NCBI RefSeq assembly: GCF_000175255.2
Contig: NC_017262.1
Location: 810,001-842,000 of the forward strand
Length of the DNA stretch: 32,000 nucleotides
Source: Zymomonas mobilis subsp. mobilis ATCC 10988
GTDB taxonomy: Bacteria > Pseudomonadota > Alphaproteobacteria > Sphingomonadales > Sphingomonadaceae
Direction: 5' to 3'
The notes below the pieces were generated by a model. That model was not told where the DNA came from, searched no databases, and saw nothing but the letters and a program-made list of their open reading frames with translations. Shown piece by piece: positions 8,661 to 18,176 of this stretch. Made by a program: the position numbers and the translations under genes. The first letter of the stretch is position 1. Every line of letters begins with the position of its first letter.

Positions 8661-9485
8661 CTATTTATTCATCATTTCCAATACATCTTGGGCATGGCTG
8701 TCGCCTTTATCTGCCGCTTTTTCGAGCCAGAAAGTCGCTTTATCCTTATCTTTCTGCACCCCTTGGCCTTTCAAATAGGCGATACCCAAATTGAATTCAG
8801 CCTCGACAAGTCCCTGATTAGCGGCTTGCTGATACCAGAAGGTCGCCTGTTTCTCGTCTTTTTTGACGACTTTGCCCTCGTGATAAATCAGCCCCAAATT
8901 ATATTGGGCATCGGCATAGCCTTTATCGGCGGCCTTATGAAACCAGAATAAAGCGCGGTCATGATCCTCTGGTATGCCCGCTCCATTCCGATACATAACA
9001 CCAAGATAAAATTGGGCAGGAACAAAGCCTTGATTGGCAGAACGCTGAAACCAGAAAGAAGCCTGCCCATAATTCTGCGTCACACCGCGCCCAGTATAAT
9101 AGGCGATAGCCAAACTATATTGAGCCTCAGCCAAACCCTGATTGGCCGCCTTTTGATACCATGAAACGGCCTGCTCATCACTTTGGGTCAAACCAATGCC
9201 CTGCAGACAAGCATTACCCAAATAATATTGGGCAAGCGGATAACCTTGGTTAGCCGCCTTCTGATACCAGGAAATAGCCTGCTTATAGTCCTGCGCCATG
9301 CCTTGGCCGTTATAATAAGCCGTGCCCAAATCCGTTTGCGCCTTCGGGTTACCGGCTCTGGCCTTCTGTTCCAAAGACAGAGCCGTTTTTCCGGCTACCA
9401 CTTTCGTCGATTTAGCCGTCTGGGCTTGCACCGGATTAGCAACAAAAGGCAAAAAAACGGCCGTAAAAAACAGGAATTTTCTCAT
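8661..9485 (-). CDS. Exported Sel1-like-repeat protein (6 units)
   Basis: Signal peptide MRKFLFFTAVFLPFVANPVQA|QT, then 6 SLR units. I prefer the ATG at 9485 over the longer ORF-track start at 9506. Confidence 0.88.
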   Translation of the reverse strand: MRKFLFFTAVFLPFVANPVQAQTAKSTKVVAGKTALSLEQKARAGNPKAQTDLGTAYYNGQGMAQDYKQAISWYQKAANQGYPLAQYYLGNACLQGIGLTQSDEQAVSWYQKAANQGLAEAQYSLAIAYYTGRGVTQNYGQASFWFQRSANQGFVPAQFYLGVMYRNGAGIPEDHDRALFWFHKAADKGYADAQYNLGLIYHEGKVVKKDEKQATFWYQQAANQGLVEAEFNLGIAYLKGQGVQKDKDKATFWLEKAADKGDSHAQDVLEMMNK

Positions 9486-9622
9486 AACAACCGCCCATCC
9501 TCTCAAAAAAGCTGAACTTCTTTTCCTTGAACCTATTTAAGAGGTTTTAGCCAATATTAAACAGCTTTGTCGAAAGAAACAAAAGCCGTTTCAATCCTTA
9601 ATACCCGCACAGAGGAAAGCCC

Positions 9623-10990
9623 TTAAAGGGGATAGTGATCCAAATTATGCAAGGTTGACTGCGCCTCGACATCCCCTTGAGCGGCCGCCTTTTCCAGCCA
9701 GAAAATGGCTTCATTCCTATCTTTCGGCACGCCTTCGCCTCTCATATAGAAAGCTCCAAGATTATATTGGGCGCTCATTTCCCCATGACTGGCGGCTCTC
9801 TGGAACCAATAGATCGACTGGGCAAGATCTTTCGGCTCACCCACACCATTATAATAAGCGATAGCGAGATTATATTCAGCCTTACTATCGCCTTGCTCTG
9901 CGGCTTTGCGATAGAGAAAAATGCCACGCGCATAGTCTTGCGCCACACCCCTAGCTTGATAATAGGCAAAGCCCATATTCAATTGCGCTTTTACATGCCC
10001 TTGATCGGCCGCTTTCTTATACCAAAAGGCTGCCTTTGCATCATCTTGCGAGATACCTTCGCCTTTTCGATAGGCTAAACCTAAATTATATTCTGCCTCG
10101 GCATCGCCTTTATCGGCTGCCTTTTGATACCAATAAACCGCTTTTTCATCATCTTTCGGCACGCCATAACCATGACGATAGGCATTACCCAAATTATCCT
10201 CGGCTGCGCTGACATCTTTATCAGCAGCTTTACGAAAACAATCCAAACCGCGCTCATAATTCTGCGGCACGCCGCGTCCCGTCATATAAAAAACGCCTAA
10301 AGCGGTTAGCGCTTCACCATCACCTTGATCCGCCGCTTTTTGATAATATGAAACCGCTTTTTGATCGTCCTGTTTTACACCGGCACCCCGACGATAGGCA
10401 TTACCCAGTGCCATTTGCGCTTCAGCATAATAGACCTGACGATCCGCTTTCATGAAAAGCGCCACCGCTTTTTTATCATCACGAGGCAGCATAATCCCCG
10501 CCTGATAAGCCAAGCCTAAATGCGTCTCTGCCTTGAAAAAATTTTGATCCGCCGCTTTTTTCAGCCAGAAAAGCGCCCGCTCATAATTCTGCTCAACGCC
10601 CTTCCCCTGTTCATAAGCAAGGGCAAGATTATATTCTGCCTCATCAATGCCCTGTTCGGCCGCTTTCTCATACCAAAAGGCCGCCTGCTTATCGCTCTGA
10701 GCAACCCCCTCTCCGGTGGCATAAAGACCGGCCAGATTATATTGCGCCGCTGAAAAACCTTTACTTGCAGCTTTTTCAAACCAGAAAGCTGCCATCGCGG
10801 CGTCTTTAGGCACGGCAGCTCCGACATAATAAGCCAAACCTAAATTGGATTGTGCCGCGATATCACCCGCTTCGGCTGCCTGTTTAAGCGGGATCTGATC
10901 CGATTCAACAACATGCGGTTTTTCTGGGGCAGCCATAGAAGGCGTGACAGAAGACGATAACAAAACAGATAAAAGCAGAATTTTTTTCAC
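9623..10990 (-). CDS. Exported Sel1-like-repeat protein (11 units)
   Basis: Signal peptide MKKILLLSVLLSSSVTPSMA|AP, then 11 SLR units. The start codon at 10990-10988 is a GTG, and no in-frame upstream ATG exists. Confidence 0.88.
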   Translation of the reverse strand: MKKILLLSVLLSSSVTPSMAAPEKPHVVESDQIPLKQAAEAGDIAAQSNLGLAYYVGAAVPKDAAMAAFWFEKAASKGFSAAQYNLAGLYATGEGVAQSDKQAAFWYEKAAEQGIDEAEYNLALAYEQGKGVEQNYERALFWLKKAADQNFFKAETHLGLAYQAGIMLPRDDKKAVALFMKADRQVYYAEAQMALGNAYRRGAGVKQDDQKAVSYYQKAADQGDGEALTALGVFYMTGRGVPQNYERGLDCFRKAADKDVSAAEDNLGNAYRHGYGVPKDDEKAVYWYQKAADKGDAEAEYNLGLAYRKGEGISQDDAKAAFWYKKAADQGHVKAQLNMGFAYYQARGVAQDYARGIFLYRKAAEQGDSKAEYNLAIAYYNGVGEPKDLAQSIYWFQRAASHGEMSAQYNLGAFYMRGEGVPKDRNEAIFWLEKAAAQGDVEAQSTLHNLDHYPL

Positions 10991-11168
10991 AATAACCGTC
11001 TATTCAAAAGGAATAACAACCACAGATAGCGCTCCCCCTGAAAGCCATCCGTGATAAAAAAGATCATTCGGAAATGATGCCTGCCCCCAATCTCCGATAT
11101 CAATAAAAGCAGGGCAGCCCCATAAGAAGCCACCCCAGCCTTTTCTCAAAAAAGCCTTTCAGAAAAAT

Positions 11169-11891
11169 TTATTTCTTCAAAGCAGGTAGAATTTTTTGAG
11201 CCGTCACATCCCCCTGATCGGCGGCTTTCTGAATCCAAATCAGCGCATTATCTCTACTTTTCGTCACGCCCCGACCTGTAATATAGGCAACACCTAACGC
11301 CGTTTGCGCCTTGGCATCGCCCTGTTCAGCTGCTTTTTGATACCAAAAGACGGCCTGACCGTAATCCTGAACGACCCCTTCGCCGTGATAATAGGCGGCA
11401 CCTAAATTAAATTCAGCAGGGGCATAACCCTGATGTGCCGCTCTCTGATACCAAGAAGCGGCCTCTTCATCACTATGAGGCACACCCTGACCATTTGAAT
11501 AGGCCATGCCTAAATTATATTGAGCCGAAGCATTACCCTGATTGGCCGCTTTTTGGAAAAAAGAAACCGCCTGTTGATCATCATGGGGCACACCCAATCC
11601 AGAGGAATAAGCATATCCCAAGGCCGCCTGAGCCGGTGCATAGCCTTGGCTGGCAGATTTCTGATACCAAGAGACAGCTTGTTCGTCACTTTTGGAAACA
11701 TCTTGGCCTTTGGAATAGGCATTACCCAAAGCATATTGCGCTTTGGCATCTCCTCGTTCAGCCGCTTTTTGAAGCGGCGATTTCAAACCATCACGGGTCA
11801 TTTTTACAACGCGACCAACACCGATACGGGCAAAAGCGGGTTGGGCAAAAACAGGAAGAAGGGCGGCAGTCAAAACAAGTATTCTCTTCAT
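11169..11891 (-). CDS. Exported Sel1-like-repeat protein (5 units)
   Basis: Signal peptide MKRILVLTAALLPVFAQPAFA|RI, then 5 SLR units. I prefer the ATG at 11891 over the ORF-track start at 11936. Confidence 0.88.
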   Translation of the reverse strand: MKRILVLTAALLPVFAQPAFARIGVGRVVKMTRDGLKSPLQKAAERGDAKAQYALGNAYSKGQDVSKSDEQAVSWYQKSASQGYAPAQAALGYAYSSGLGVPHDDQQAVSFFQKAANQGNASAQYNLGMAYSNGQGVPHSDEEAASWYQRAAHQGYAPAEFNLGAAYYHGEGVVQDYGQAVFWYQKAAEQGDAKAQTALGVAYITGRGVTKSRDNALIWIQKAADQGDVTAQKILPALKK

Positions 11892-12121
11892 AATCACCGT
11901 ATAATTAGTAACAAAGACTGCATAGCCCTTATACAATCATGGCTATAATATCATTCAAAATCCGCTTATAATTTTCTCAAATTGAAAAATATTGTAATAA
12001 CTCTCTGTTTTATCTAAGCACAAATAACGAAATCCTCATGCAAACAACGCATAATTCTTCCAATACAGGGATATAAAAATCCTCTATTGATAAGATAAAA
12101 ATTCCCTTATTATGGATTGGG

Positions 12122-12940
12122 CTATTGTAGTCTTTGCAGGATTTTAAAGGCGTTATAATCCCCTTGGGCAGCCGCCCTTTGTAACCAGAAAACCCCGTCA
12201 CGCTTGGATCGCGCAACGCCCTCTCCTTTCAAATAGGCCATACCCAATAAATATTGCGCCATCACATCACCCTGATGGGCAGCCTTCTGATACCACATGA
12301 AAGCTCGCCCCTTATCCTGCGGAACGCCACTACCGTAATAATAGGCCACGCCAACCATCGTTTGCGCTAAAAGGGATCCCTGATGGGCGGCTTTATCGAA
12401 CCAAAAAAAAGACATCTTATCATCTTTGGGAAGACCGCGCCCTTGATGATATACAAAACCTAAACGGGCTTCGGCCTCGATATTATTTTGCGCCGCCGCC
12501 TTTTGATACCAAAAAGCCGCTTTTGCTTCATCGCGCCCCACGCCCGTTCCATTGTGATAGGCATCCGCTAACGCTACTTCCCCCTCGGCATAGCCTTGAT
12601 TGGCAGATTTTTGGAACCAGAACACCGCCTGTTTACTATTTTTAGGGACATCGGAACGCCCCGTCAGATAGGCTTTCCCTAAAAACATTTGGGCTTCAGC
12701 ATCGCCTTTCTTGGCGGCCTCTTGAGGATGCAAAAAAATTTGATAACGAAGCGGAGGATCAGGCGGTATACTATCTTTTTCGACGACAAGACGACGCCCA
12801 GAGCTCTTTTCTTGAACAGGCTTTTTTATCAAGGCCGCATATTTCGACTGAAAGGATTCTAATTCTTTTCTAATCTGCATTTGCGTGCGGCTCGCGACAA
12901 AAGAAAAAACCACAACCCATAAAAGCAGAATTTTTTTCAT
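12122..12940 (-). CDS. Exported Sel1-like-repeat protein (5 units, with a ~70-aa non-repeat N-terminal region)
   Basis: MKKILLLWVVVFSFVASRT hydrophobic leader, a unique linker (QSKYAALIKKPVQEKSSGRRLVVEKDSIPPDPP), then 5 SLR units. I prefer the ATG at 12940 over 13015. Confidence 0.85.
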   Translation of the reverse strand: MKKILLLWVVVFSFVASRTQMQIRKELESFQSKYAALIKKPVQEKSSGRRLVVEKDSIPPDPPLRYQIFLHPQEAAKKGDAEAQMFLGKAYLTGRSDVPKNSKQAVFWFQKSANQGYAEGEVALADAYHNGTGVGRDEAKAAFWYQKAAAQNNIEAEARLGFVYHQGRGLPKDDKMSFFWFDKAAHQGSLLAQTMVGVAYYYGSGVPQDKGRAFMWYQKAAHQGDVMAQYLLGMAYLKGEGVARSKRDGVFWLQRAAAQGDYNAFKILQRLQ

Positions 12941-13447
12941 GATCACCGTCTGTTTTCTATCATCGAATATGGATGCCTCGAAATGACCGCATCGCTCATG
13001 GGTAAAGACAGACAACGATCAAAGCCGTTTCACGCCAAGGCCTTCATTCTTGTAAAAACAGCCCCTCCAGCGAAACACGTCCTTCCGCATCGCTTTAGAC
13101 ACAAGCCCCAAAGCGCTTCAATTCAAAAATGACTTGTGGTGCATAATCCACAATAAAGCCAATTAGTTACATTCATTCAGACAGTGATGACTAAAACGTC
13201 TTACATTCTTTCAAAAAATCAGTATCAGAGGGAATAAAGGCTGTAACAATACAGTCACTTTTCTACTCTAGACACATAAAATCTTTCTTGGGGCGGGGGG
13301 CTTAAACAAGCTGGATGGATAGTTTGTGTTCAAGGCATATCATCGGATATCGCCCTCTCTATTGGCTTGTCTGGCCTCATTTCTCTCGAAATGAAAATTT
13401 CAAAAACCGATATTTTTGTAGGTTCACGAGGAAATAGGGTAGAATCC

Positions 13448-14392
13448 ATGATCTCTTTTAATCGCCGCCGCTTCCTGTCACTCTCTGCTGGCGCAACATT
13501 CGCCGCCGCAACAGCACCTCGCCTTTATGCCGGTGTTCCCAATCGTCCCCCGCTACGGTCTCACCAATCCTTTACCTTTGTATTTATTACAGACACTCAT
13601 CTTCAACCAGAATTAAACGGTGCCGAAGGCTGCCACGAAGCCTTTTTAAAGGCTCGCCAATTTCCTGCTGATTTTGCCATTCATGGCGGTGACCATGTTT
13701 TCGACGCGCTAGGCGTTAACGCGAACAGAGCCACCATGCTCGCCGATCTATACAAACGCACCGCCGATGATCTGCGATTACCTGTCTATAATACTATGGG
13801 TAATCATGACTGCTTCGGTATTTATAAAGAAAGCGGCGCCCAGCCGACCGATCCTTTTTACGGTAAAAAATACTTTCAGGACAATTTCGGGCAGACCTAT
13901 TATTCCTTTGATCATAAAGGTGTGCATTTCGTTATTCTGGATTCAATCGGTATTACAGAAGATCGCTCTTATGAAGGTCGCGTTGATGCCGAACAATTCA
14001 ATTGGCTCTCGCGCGATCTCGCTGCCCAGCCTGTCGGTACACCGATTATTGTTTCCACCCATATTCCGATTATGAATGCGATTGATTACGCCTCTGTCCC
14101 CCTCAATAAAATGAAACATCATTCTTTATCGGTCATCAATGCAGCCGATATTCTGGAATTATTCGACCATTATAATGTGATCGGGGTGTTTCAGGGGCAT
14201 ACCCATGTTGTCGAACGGGTCGAATGGCATGGCGTGCCTTATATCACGGGGGGATCAGTCTGCGGCAATTGGTGGCATGGCACGCGCTACGGCACGCCGG
14301 AAGGCTTCATGGTCGTCAAAGTCGAAAAGGGTAAAGTCATTCCGCATTACGAAAGCTATGGCTTCCACACGATAGACCCGCGCAACACATAA
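13448..14392 (+). CDS. Tat-exported calcineurin-like metallophosphoesterase
   Basis: Twin-arginine leader MISFNRRRFLSLSAGATFAAATAPRLYA. The metallophosphoesterase motifs appear in order: DTH (ITDTHL), GDH (HGGDHVFD), GNHD (MGNHDCF), STH and GHTH (QGHTHV). I trimmed the start to the ATG at 13448. Confidence 0.88.
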   Translation: MISFNRRRFLSLSAGATFAAATAPRLYAGVPNRPPLRSHQSFTFVFITDTHLQPELNGAEGCHEAFLKARQFPADFAIHGGDHVFDALGVNANRATMLADLYKRTADDLRLPVYNTMGNHDCFGIYKESGAQPTDPFYGKKYFQDNFGQTYYSFDHKGVHFVILDSIGITEDRSYEGRVDAEQFNWLSRDLAAQPVGTPIIVSTHIPIMNAIDYASVPLNKMKHHSLSVINAADILELFDHYNVIGVFQGHTHVVERVEWHGVPYITGGSVCGNWWHGTRYGTPEGFMVVKVEKGKVIPHYESYGFHTIDPRNT

Positions 14393-14549
14393 TTGTCTTA
14401 TTATAGCCACATGATATTTTTATGTTACAATTTTAAACTAAAATTAAGAATTAAATTCTTGAAATAAAGGTTTTTTTATTAAAAGGATAGGAAATGTCGT
14501 GAAATCGGCATTTTCTATCCATATTATATAACAAGGGAAGACTGACGAC

Positions 14550-15344
14550 ATGATAAAAGTCCCGCGGTTCATCTGTATGATCGCGCTTACATCCGGCGTT
14601 CTGGCAAGCGGCCTTTCTCAAAGCGTTTCAGCTCATACAGAAAAAAGTGAACCCTCCTCGACTTATCATTTCCACAGCGATCCCCTTCTTTACCTTGCGC
14701 CCCCACCCACTTCCGGCAGTCCATTACAGGCGCATGATGATCAAACCTTTAACAGCACCAGACAATTAAAAGGTAGCACGCGCTGGGCATTGGCAACTCA
14801 AGATGCCGATCTTCATCTCGCTTCAGTGCTCAAAGACTATGCCTGCGCCGCAGGAATGAATCTCGATATTGCGCAATTACCGCATCTTGCCAATTTGATT
14901 AAACGCGCACTTCGCACCGAATATGACGATATTGGCAGAGCCAAAAATAACTGGAATCGCAAACGGCCTTTTGTGGATACCGATCAACCTATCTGCACGG
15001 AAAAAGATCGCGAAGGTCTGGGAAAACAAGGCTCCTATCCTTCAGGTCATACGACTATCGGTTGGAGCGTTGCGCTCATTCTGGCTGAATTGATCCCCGA
15101 TCATGCGGCAAATATTTTGCAGCGTGGCCAAATTTTTGGAACCAGCCGGATTGTCTGCGGCGCGCATTGGGTCAGCGATGTGCAGGCAGGCTATATCATG
15201 GCATCGGGCGAAATTGCAGCTTTACATGGGGATGCCGATTTCCGCCGAGACATGGAATTAGCTCGGAAAGAATTAGAAAAGGCACGCGCATCAGCGCACA
15301 CGCCAGACGATCTTCTATGCAAGATTGAACAAAGCGCTCGCTAA
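14550..15344 (+). CDS. phoC: Class-A non-specific acid phosphatase (PAP2 family)
   Basis: Signal peptide, plus the three PAP2 signature blocks KNNWNRKRPF (KxxxxxxRP), YPSGHTT (PSGH) and SRIVCGAHWVSDV (SRxxxxxHxxxD). At 264 aa, the sequence matches my recollection of Z. mobilis PhoC. Confidence 0.92.
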   Translation: MIKVPRFICMIALTSGVLASGLSQSVSAHTEKSEPSSTYHFHSDPLLYLAPPPTSGSPLQAHDDQTFNSTRQLKGSTRWALATQDADLHLASVLKDYACAAGMNLDIAQLPHLANLIKRALRTEYDDIGRAKNNWNRKRPFVDTDQPICTEKDREGLGKQGSYPSGHTTIGWSVALILAELIPDHAANILQRGQIFGTSRIVCGAHWVSDVQAGYIMASGEIAALHGDADFRRDMELARKELEKARASAHTPDDLLCKIEQSAR

Positions 15345-15666
15345 ATTCAATCAGGTATTATTTCAACAAGGGGAAAGATTGCTTGCTGTAATTTTTGGAT
15401 ATCAAACAGGAGAAAAAATGAAAGAGCGCAGCCTCTTTCAAAGGCAATTGGATTTAGTCCGGTGGCATTCTCACGCCACAAACCAAATCATAAATAACCG
15501 CCTCTTTTCCGCCAGATAACTGCAAAATTATAGAATACCGACAGGCTGGAATATCGTCATTTTTCCTAGACGTAATATTTCTAAAACAAGCAATCATCGA
15601 ACTTAATCATTGTAAACCGCTATTTGTATCATAGCAGGATCGGGAAATATTTTAAGGGGGGACGGG

Positions 15667-18159
15667 ATGAAGAATCTTTTATCGGCTAAAACAAAATCTT
15701 TTTTGTCATTTAAACAGTCCAGATTAAATTGGGTCATTTTATATTCGTCTTTATGGGTTTCCGGCGCAATGGCACAAAACACGGTGCCGCCACAGCCCGC
15801 AACCGATGACACATCCAGTCAACAACATGCCGTCACCGATAACAGCGCCAATCATCCGGCAAAAAATGACGGGGCCATTGTGGTGACGGGGCGTTCCTAT
15901 GCCGATGGGGTGACCAGACGGGCATTCGGTGGCGGTCTGATGATCAAGGAAGATTCCCCCAAATCAAAATCGACACTGACTCGCGATTATATCGAAAAGC
16001 AGACACCGGGGCTTAACCCGATGCAGTTGATCGCCCTCTTGCCAGGCGTTAACTCGTCAGATTCCGACCCGATGGGCTTGACCGGTGGACATACCTCGGT
16101 GCGCGGCATGAATGAAAGCTCAATGGGCTATATTCTGGAAGGCTTCCCGCTAAACGATGTTGGTAGCCATGCCGTCTATCCGCAGGAAATCGTCGATTCC
16201 GAAAATTTGTCGACTATTCAGGTCGCTCAAGGCTCTGCCGATCTCGACAGCCCAACCGTCAGTGCTGCCGGTGGTGTGGTCAACATGCATATGATTGATC
16301 CGGCTAAAAAGATGGGCGGTCGCGCCAATTTTACCTATGGCTCTTATAACACTTTCCGTGGTTTTGCTCGTTTTGACACGGGTGAAATCGGCAATTCCGG
16401 CACACGCGCCTATTTCTCTTTCTCCGACACCCATGAAGATTTATGGCGTGGGCCCGGCACCGAAAAGAAACTTCACGGTGAAATGAAAGTGGTCAAGGAA
16501 TGGGGCAAGGATAACAAAGCCTCATTGCTTGTCATCGGGAATAACCTAGACAATATTAACATGCCCAGCGTTAATATGGCTTCTTGGCAAAAATACGGGA
16601 AAGGTATCATGGGCGGGCCCGTATCCGGCATTGCCAATACCGTTTACAGCTCGGTTTATACCGGAAATACCAAAGCCAACACGACCTATTATAAATTACA
16701 TCCCAATCCCTTCACCAATATCTATGTCAGCGCGCCGGTTCATCTCAATCTCGGGCATAAAATGACGCTGACGGAAACCCCCTATTTCTTATATAGCAAC
16801 GGAAATGGCGGCGGCGCTTATTGGCAGGACATGAACAAAATGTCCTATGGTTCCCAAACGATGAGCGGAACAGTCGACGGGCAGAATTATGGCCAAACGC
16901 TGCTTTATGAACCCTCAATCACCAAAACCTATCGTTCCGGTTCTACAACCAAATGGACATGGACATCAGGCATCAACCGCCTGATGGTCGGCTATTGGTT
17001 TGAATATTCCTCTCAACGCCAAACGGCACCTTATTCTTTATTGAATGACGATGGCAGCCCGCGTGACAAATGGGGGGGTGGTTCAAATGTGATTTTAGCT
17101 AATGGTGAGAAAGCCGAATATCGCGACAACTTGACCCGCACCTTTATTCATACGCCTTTTATTGGTGACACAATTTCTTTGCTCAATGACAAATTGACGA
17201 TTGATGGCGGGGTTAAAATCTCGATTATCAACCGTCAGGGCAGAAATTATCTCCCTGACACCTCAACCGGCAAAAATATCAACCAAACTTACCGCGAAGT
17301 CTTACCCAGCGGCTCTATCCGTTATAAAATCAATGACGAACATCAGGTATTCTTCTCGGTCGCGACCAATTACCGCATCCCGATGAATACCTCACTATTT
17401 GATTCCGGCTCCTATGTTGCCGGAACCGGATATAGCAATCAGGCGGTGAAAGATCTCAAGCCAGAAACCTCGATATCCGAAGAATTCGGCTGGCGTTATC
17501 ATGGTAAATTGATCAACACCTCGTTGACCTATTTCCATTATGACTTCCATAACCGTCTATTTTCTCAGACTGTTATCGATCCCAACAACCCAACTTCTTA
17601 CTATTCCAGAAGCATTAACGGCGGTAACCAAACGACGAATGGTGTCGATTTTGAAATCGGTACGCGTGCTATCTATAATATCCGACCTTACGTCTCTGCC
17701 GAATATATCGATGCCCGTAACAGAAGTAATCTCGCCGCTTCGGCCGCCGGTGTTTCCGCTATTCTGCCAACAAAAGGCAAATTTGCGCCGCAAACGCCTC
17801 GCTATCAGGTCGGCTTCGGTCTCGACTACGACAACGGTCATATCTTCGGTAACTTCAGCCTGAAATATGTCGGATCGCAATATTCAACCTTTATGAATGA
17901 CGAACAGGTGCCTTCCTATGTTCGTATGAATATCGGCGGCGGCTATCGCTTCAAAAGCTGGGGCGGTCTCAAAAGCCCAACCATCCGTTTCAATCTTTCC
18001 AACATCACCAACAAGCATTATCTAAACTATGCTTCCGGTCTCCAGACCAACGCCCAATATGCCAAGGCTCTGGATGGACAGATGGTCAAAGGTTCTGCAC
18101 CAACCTACAGCATTGCGTCACCTTTCTCGGCCATGTTCTCTATCAGCAGCGGTTTCTAA
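15667..18159 (+). CDS. TonB-dependent outer-membrane receptor
   Basis: 830 aa with a signal peptide ending AMA|QN. A candidate TonB box/plug start is GAIVVTG. The body is long and rich in beta-strands, Gly, Tyr and Asn. The C-terminus ...FSISSGF ends in the aromatic residue typical of OM beta-barrels. A strong RBS (AAGGGGGGA) precedes the ATG. Confidence 0.88.
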   Translation: MKNLLSAKTKSFLSFKQSRLNWVILYSSLWVSGAMAQNTVPPQPATDDTSSQQHAVTDNSANHPAKNDGAIVVTGRSYADGVTRRAFGGGLMIKEDSPKSKSTLTRDYIEKQTPGLNPMQLIALLPGVNSSDSDPMGLTGGHTSVRGMNESSMGYILEGFPLNDVGSHAVYPQEIVDSENLSTIQVAQGSADLDSPTVSAAGGVVNMHMIDPAKKMGGRANFTYGSYNTFRGFARFDTGEIGNSGTRAYFSFSDTHEDLWRGPGTEKKLHGEMKVVKEWGKDNKASLLVIGNNLDNINMPSVNMASWQKYGKGIMGGPVSGIANTVYSSVYTGNTKANTTYYKLHPNPFTNIYVSAPVHLNLGHKMTLTETPYFLYSNGNGGGAYWQDMNKMSYGSQTMSGTVDGQNYGQTLLYEPSITKTYRSGSTTKWTWTSGINRLMVGYWFEYSSQRQTAPYSLLNDDGSPRDKWGGGSNVILANGEKAEYRDNLTRTFIHTPFIGDTISLLNDKLTIDGGVKISIINRQGRNYLPDTSTGKNINQTYREVLPSGSIRYKINDEHQVFFSVATNYRIPMNTSLFDSGSYVAGTGYSNQAVKDLKPETSISEEFGWRYHGKLINTSLTYFHYDFHNRLFSQTVIDPNNPTSYYSRSINGGNQTTNGVDFEIGTRAIYNIRPYVSAEYIDARNRSNLAASAAGVSAILPTKGKFAPQTPRYQVGFGLDYDNGHIFGNFSLKYVGSQYSTFMNDEQVPSYVRMNIGGGYRFKSWGGLKSPTIRFNLSNITNKHYLNYASGLQTNAQYAKALDGQMVKGSAPTYSIASPFSAMFSISSGF

Positions 18160-18176
18160 TCGCATAGGATATTCTC

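Noticed and set aside
4914-11948. Many 60-150-aa ORFs on both strands inside the Sel1-repeat genes, for example 4924-5169, 5628-5837, 6557-6862, 7412-7717, 8688-8951, 9183-9515, 9677-10078, 10520-10753 and 11435-11948
   Set aside because: These are shadow frames created by the periodic 108-bp repeat DNA, in which the same stop-free alternative frame is reiterated. The translations are Ile/Leu/Arg/Pro-rich nonsense, and every one is nested in a far longer SLR frame that has a signal peptide.
12010-12216. 68-aa minus-strand ORF at the 3' end of the last SLR gene
   Set aside because: It overlaps the SLR gene's 3' end out of frame and then runs into AT-rich intergenic DNA. It has no RBS and no motif.
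13150-13200. Possible Pho box around CAGACAGTGATGAC upstream of the metallophosphoesterase gene
   Set aside because: Only one CTGTC-type half-site is convincing, and the expected direct repeat at 11-bp spacing is missing.
15325-15519. 64-aa ORF overlapping the 3' end of phoC
   Set aside because: It has no RBS and no motif, overlaps the phoC stop region, and is short for this GC content. It is more likely untranslated intergenic or 5'-UTR sequence of the receptor gene.
15591-15613. Possible Fur box (CAATCATCGAACTTAATCATTGT) upstream of the TonB-dependent receptor
   Set aside because: It only partly matches the GATAATGATAATCATTATC consensus, mainly in one AATCATT half-site, and dyad symmetry is poor. 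This is not enough to call iron regulation without a matrix search.
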